From Octopus bimaculoides (Eukaryota): a stretch of 64,000 nt of DNA. The notes below the pieces were generated by a model. It did no database searches, was not told the DNA's origin, and was given only the letters and a program-made list of their open reading frames with translations. Both the position numbers and the translations under genes were made by a program. The DNA is taken from positions 1,372,814-1,436,813 of the forward strand of contig NC_068993.1 in NCBI RefSeq assembly GCF_001194135.2. Direction: 5' to 3'. Position 1 is the first letter of the stretch. The number at the start of each line of letters is the position of its first letter. Below, piece after piece: positions 61,582 to 64,000 of this stretch.

Positions 61582-64000
61582 CTGCAAGAAAATTCAACTA
61601 AATTAATAAAATTAAATTCAAACATACTGAAAAAAAAAAAAGTTTTTAGAGAAACCTTATCGAAATTCAAAGAAATAAACTCTTCTGTCAGGGTGAGGGT
61701 TAACAGGTTCATTTTGATATTAAACGAGCTCCAAAGTAAACCTCATTTAAATATTGGTAGAATGGAAAAAAGGAGACAAATTAAAGCAAGTGCCCATTAT
61801 ATTTCCTTTTTTCTTTTCTTTATGTTTAAACACACAAATTCTTATTTCATAAACATGTTTTACCATTCTCTGACAGAAACTGAATGGGTCATTGGTCATA
61901 TATTGCCCCTTTCAGGATCAGGAAATACTTCAGCCCTGATCGGTTGTTAACCACGTCAAGGCATAAGTGTAACACTAATTAGAGTGGCTGTGTGGCAAGT
62001 AGTTTGCTTACCAACCACATGGTTCTGGGTTCAGTCCCACTGCGTGGCACCTTGGGCACGTTTTTTTTTTTTTTCTGCAAGAGAATATTTGTCATCTGAT
62101 CAGTCGTATGCCTTATAGGATCCTTGCATTGAAAATTACAGACCTTTACAAGTTAGAATAAACATAAAACGATGTTTTATGAGGTGTCTATTTACTTCTG
62201 CCATGTCTATGTACACACAGGTGCAGTTTCCAGACGAGATTGATTTAAATATTTGAATAGGGTTGACTAAATGAGCCAGAGAAGAGGAGATGGGAAATGG
62301 ATGAAATAAATGTTAAGAGAAAGGCCATTGTGGTGATCGACAAAATAATAAAGATACCTAGATATGATGTGACTAATGTTCATTGGTAGCATAACAGGCT
62401 GTTATACACACTAACCAACTCGAAATATAATTACTAAAATAGCAAAATTAAGACTACGTAGTTCAACGTAGTTCAGGGCGTGATCTAAGGTGAGATTCGG
62501 CTGCTATCTTTGGCAGGTCGAGCGACCACGTAGAGGTTTCGTCGTTTATTCAAAAAGCGAGTCGTTGCCTCACTCGTTCACCGTTTTCCCTTTAATTATT
62601 TTTCTAGTTTCCTCGGCCCTTCTCTAAGGTTTTCATCCAGCAGATCCCACCCGGCACCCAGTTTTATACACCACTAGTCCTTTAGATGTGTTAAGCGAAC
62701 TCTACCCTGTTGCAAGCATTTCGACTGGTCTCTTAATATTCTTATAAAAGCAGGGCCGTCGCTTGACTTTTAGAGGATCCCATCTCTTCAATTAAAATTC
62801 ATAATCTACGCACCTTTTATTCATAGCTATATTTTACTTTATTCGAACTGAAGTTCAACACTTCACGTTATCCTAAAGAACATCTTTACAAGTTAAATTT
62901 ATTTAGGACTGGAACTATCGTATTATTTCATGTTTAGGAAGGCCAACATTTAATAGGGTTGAATATTTATTCGATAGACTCACAAATATCAGAAGACAAG
63001 CATTTCAAAATAACTGTGAAGTATAGTTGTCTCGGCTTTTGTATGCGAAGTTTATTTTAGAACATTAAAATACAAAAAAATTTCAGACCAAAACGAAAGC
63101 AAACTATTTCAAATAATATATTTTTGTAAATTAGACGTGAATGTTCTCAAAGACTTGATAACAGTCGAAAAAATAAAACTTTGCCAAATAAAATACGTCG
63201 ATCACAAACTAGTTACAACTGAAGAATTGAGATGCTTGGTGACAATGAGAAAACAATATCTATATCCCTATAAAGCGGCGGCCTGGTAGGAACGTTAGCA
63301 TGCTTAGCGATATTTCGTCTGTTTTTACGTTCTGAGTTCAAATTCCGCCGAGGTCGACTTTGCCTTTCATCCTTTCGGATAGAGAGTGAGAGAGCGAGAG
63401 AGCGAGAGACGAAGAGAAAAAGAGGGAGGGACACAAAGACTAAGAGATGTGTGTGTGTGTGTGTGTTTGGTACACGTCTATCTATCTATCTATCTACCCG
63501 AGCTAGCCAAAGTCTTGTGAATAGATTTGGTAGACGGAAACAGAAAAAAGACAGTCGTGTGTGTATATGTGTGTACCTATGCCTGTGTGTGTATGCTTGT
63601 ATGTATGTATACATCCCCACTACTTTTTTTTTGTCTTTTCTGTTTAAGTTGTTCTTATTTTCATTATTTTGGGTTTCTTTCGTTTTTCTTTTATTACCAC
63701 GGTTTTTTTTTTTTTTTTTTTTTTTTTACTCGTCTGGCTTGAAATTTCCAGTTAATGTCTTAACCAAAGTACAACCGCGGAGGCCCCATGCGACCGCAGG
63801 GGTTGCACGGGCTTAGCGACGGTCTCTATAAAAGTACCCTAGACGTGAATAAGATAATAAAAGACGAATGAAAAAAAAACAAATTGTTTCTAGAATCTTT
63901 TCAGTATAAAGAGTCAAGGGGTTAATGTAGTTTCGCACCTCTCCTTCAAAAAATTTTCTGAACTCCTTCGTTTTAGGTGTCGAAGATTACGAATATATAA

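Noticed and set aside
62985-63070. Candidate MOCS1 mitochondrial-presequence exon (NKLRIQKPRQLY...)
   Set aside because: The upstream ATG is followed by an in-frame TAA and there is no clear acceptor. It cannot be supported as coding, though it may be a 5' UTR exon.

Overview
AT-rich, microsatellite- and SINE-laden eukaryotic genomic DNA with six N gaps. The repeat landscape looks like an octopus (cephalopod) assembly, which is my inference from pattern recognition. By manually assembling spliced exons I find six protein-coding genes: TMEM33 (+, 625-9389, 7 coding exons, 250 aa), a PAP2/PLPP (wunen-like) phospholipid phosphatase (+, 16164-21656, 6 exons, 299 aa), TTC4/Cns1 (+, 30214-38563, 11 coding exons, 390 aa), CCDC24 (-, 43814-38650, 8 coding exons, 329 aa), an unnamed type-I membrane protein with a miniature LRR-like ectodomain (+, 47886-55073, 292 aa) and MOCS1A/MoaA (-, 61581-55276, 5' end unresolved, one exon apparently in an N gap). 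The most notable observations are: (1) a 101-nt minor-spliceosome (U12) intron in TTC4 that gives an ungapped in-frame protein only with rare AT-AT termini; (2) MOCS1A keeps its small stop-codon exon and downstream splice donor, but I can see no MOCS1B/MoaC ORF, suggesting loss of the bicistronic layout; (3) two very compact tail-to-tail gene junctions with back-to-back or overlapping poly(A) hexamers, one centred on a 14-bp palindrome; (4) fold-back elements built from Penelope-type hammerhead-like ends, one with 78-bp arms and one that captured local upstream sequence. The rest is tRNA-derived SINEs, degenerate RTE LINEs, Tc1/mariner remnants, MITEs and simple repeats. No rRNA, intact tRNA or CRISPR array is supported. 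Family assignments come from recalled sequence similarity; no database searches were run.
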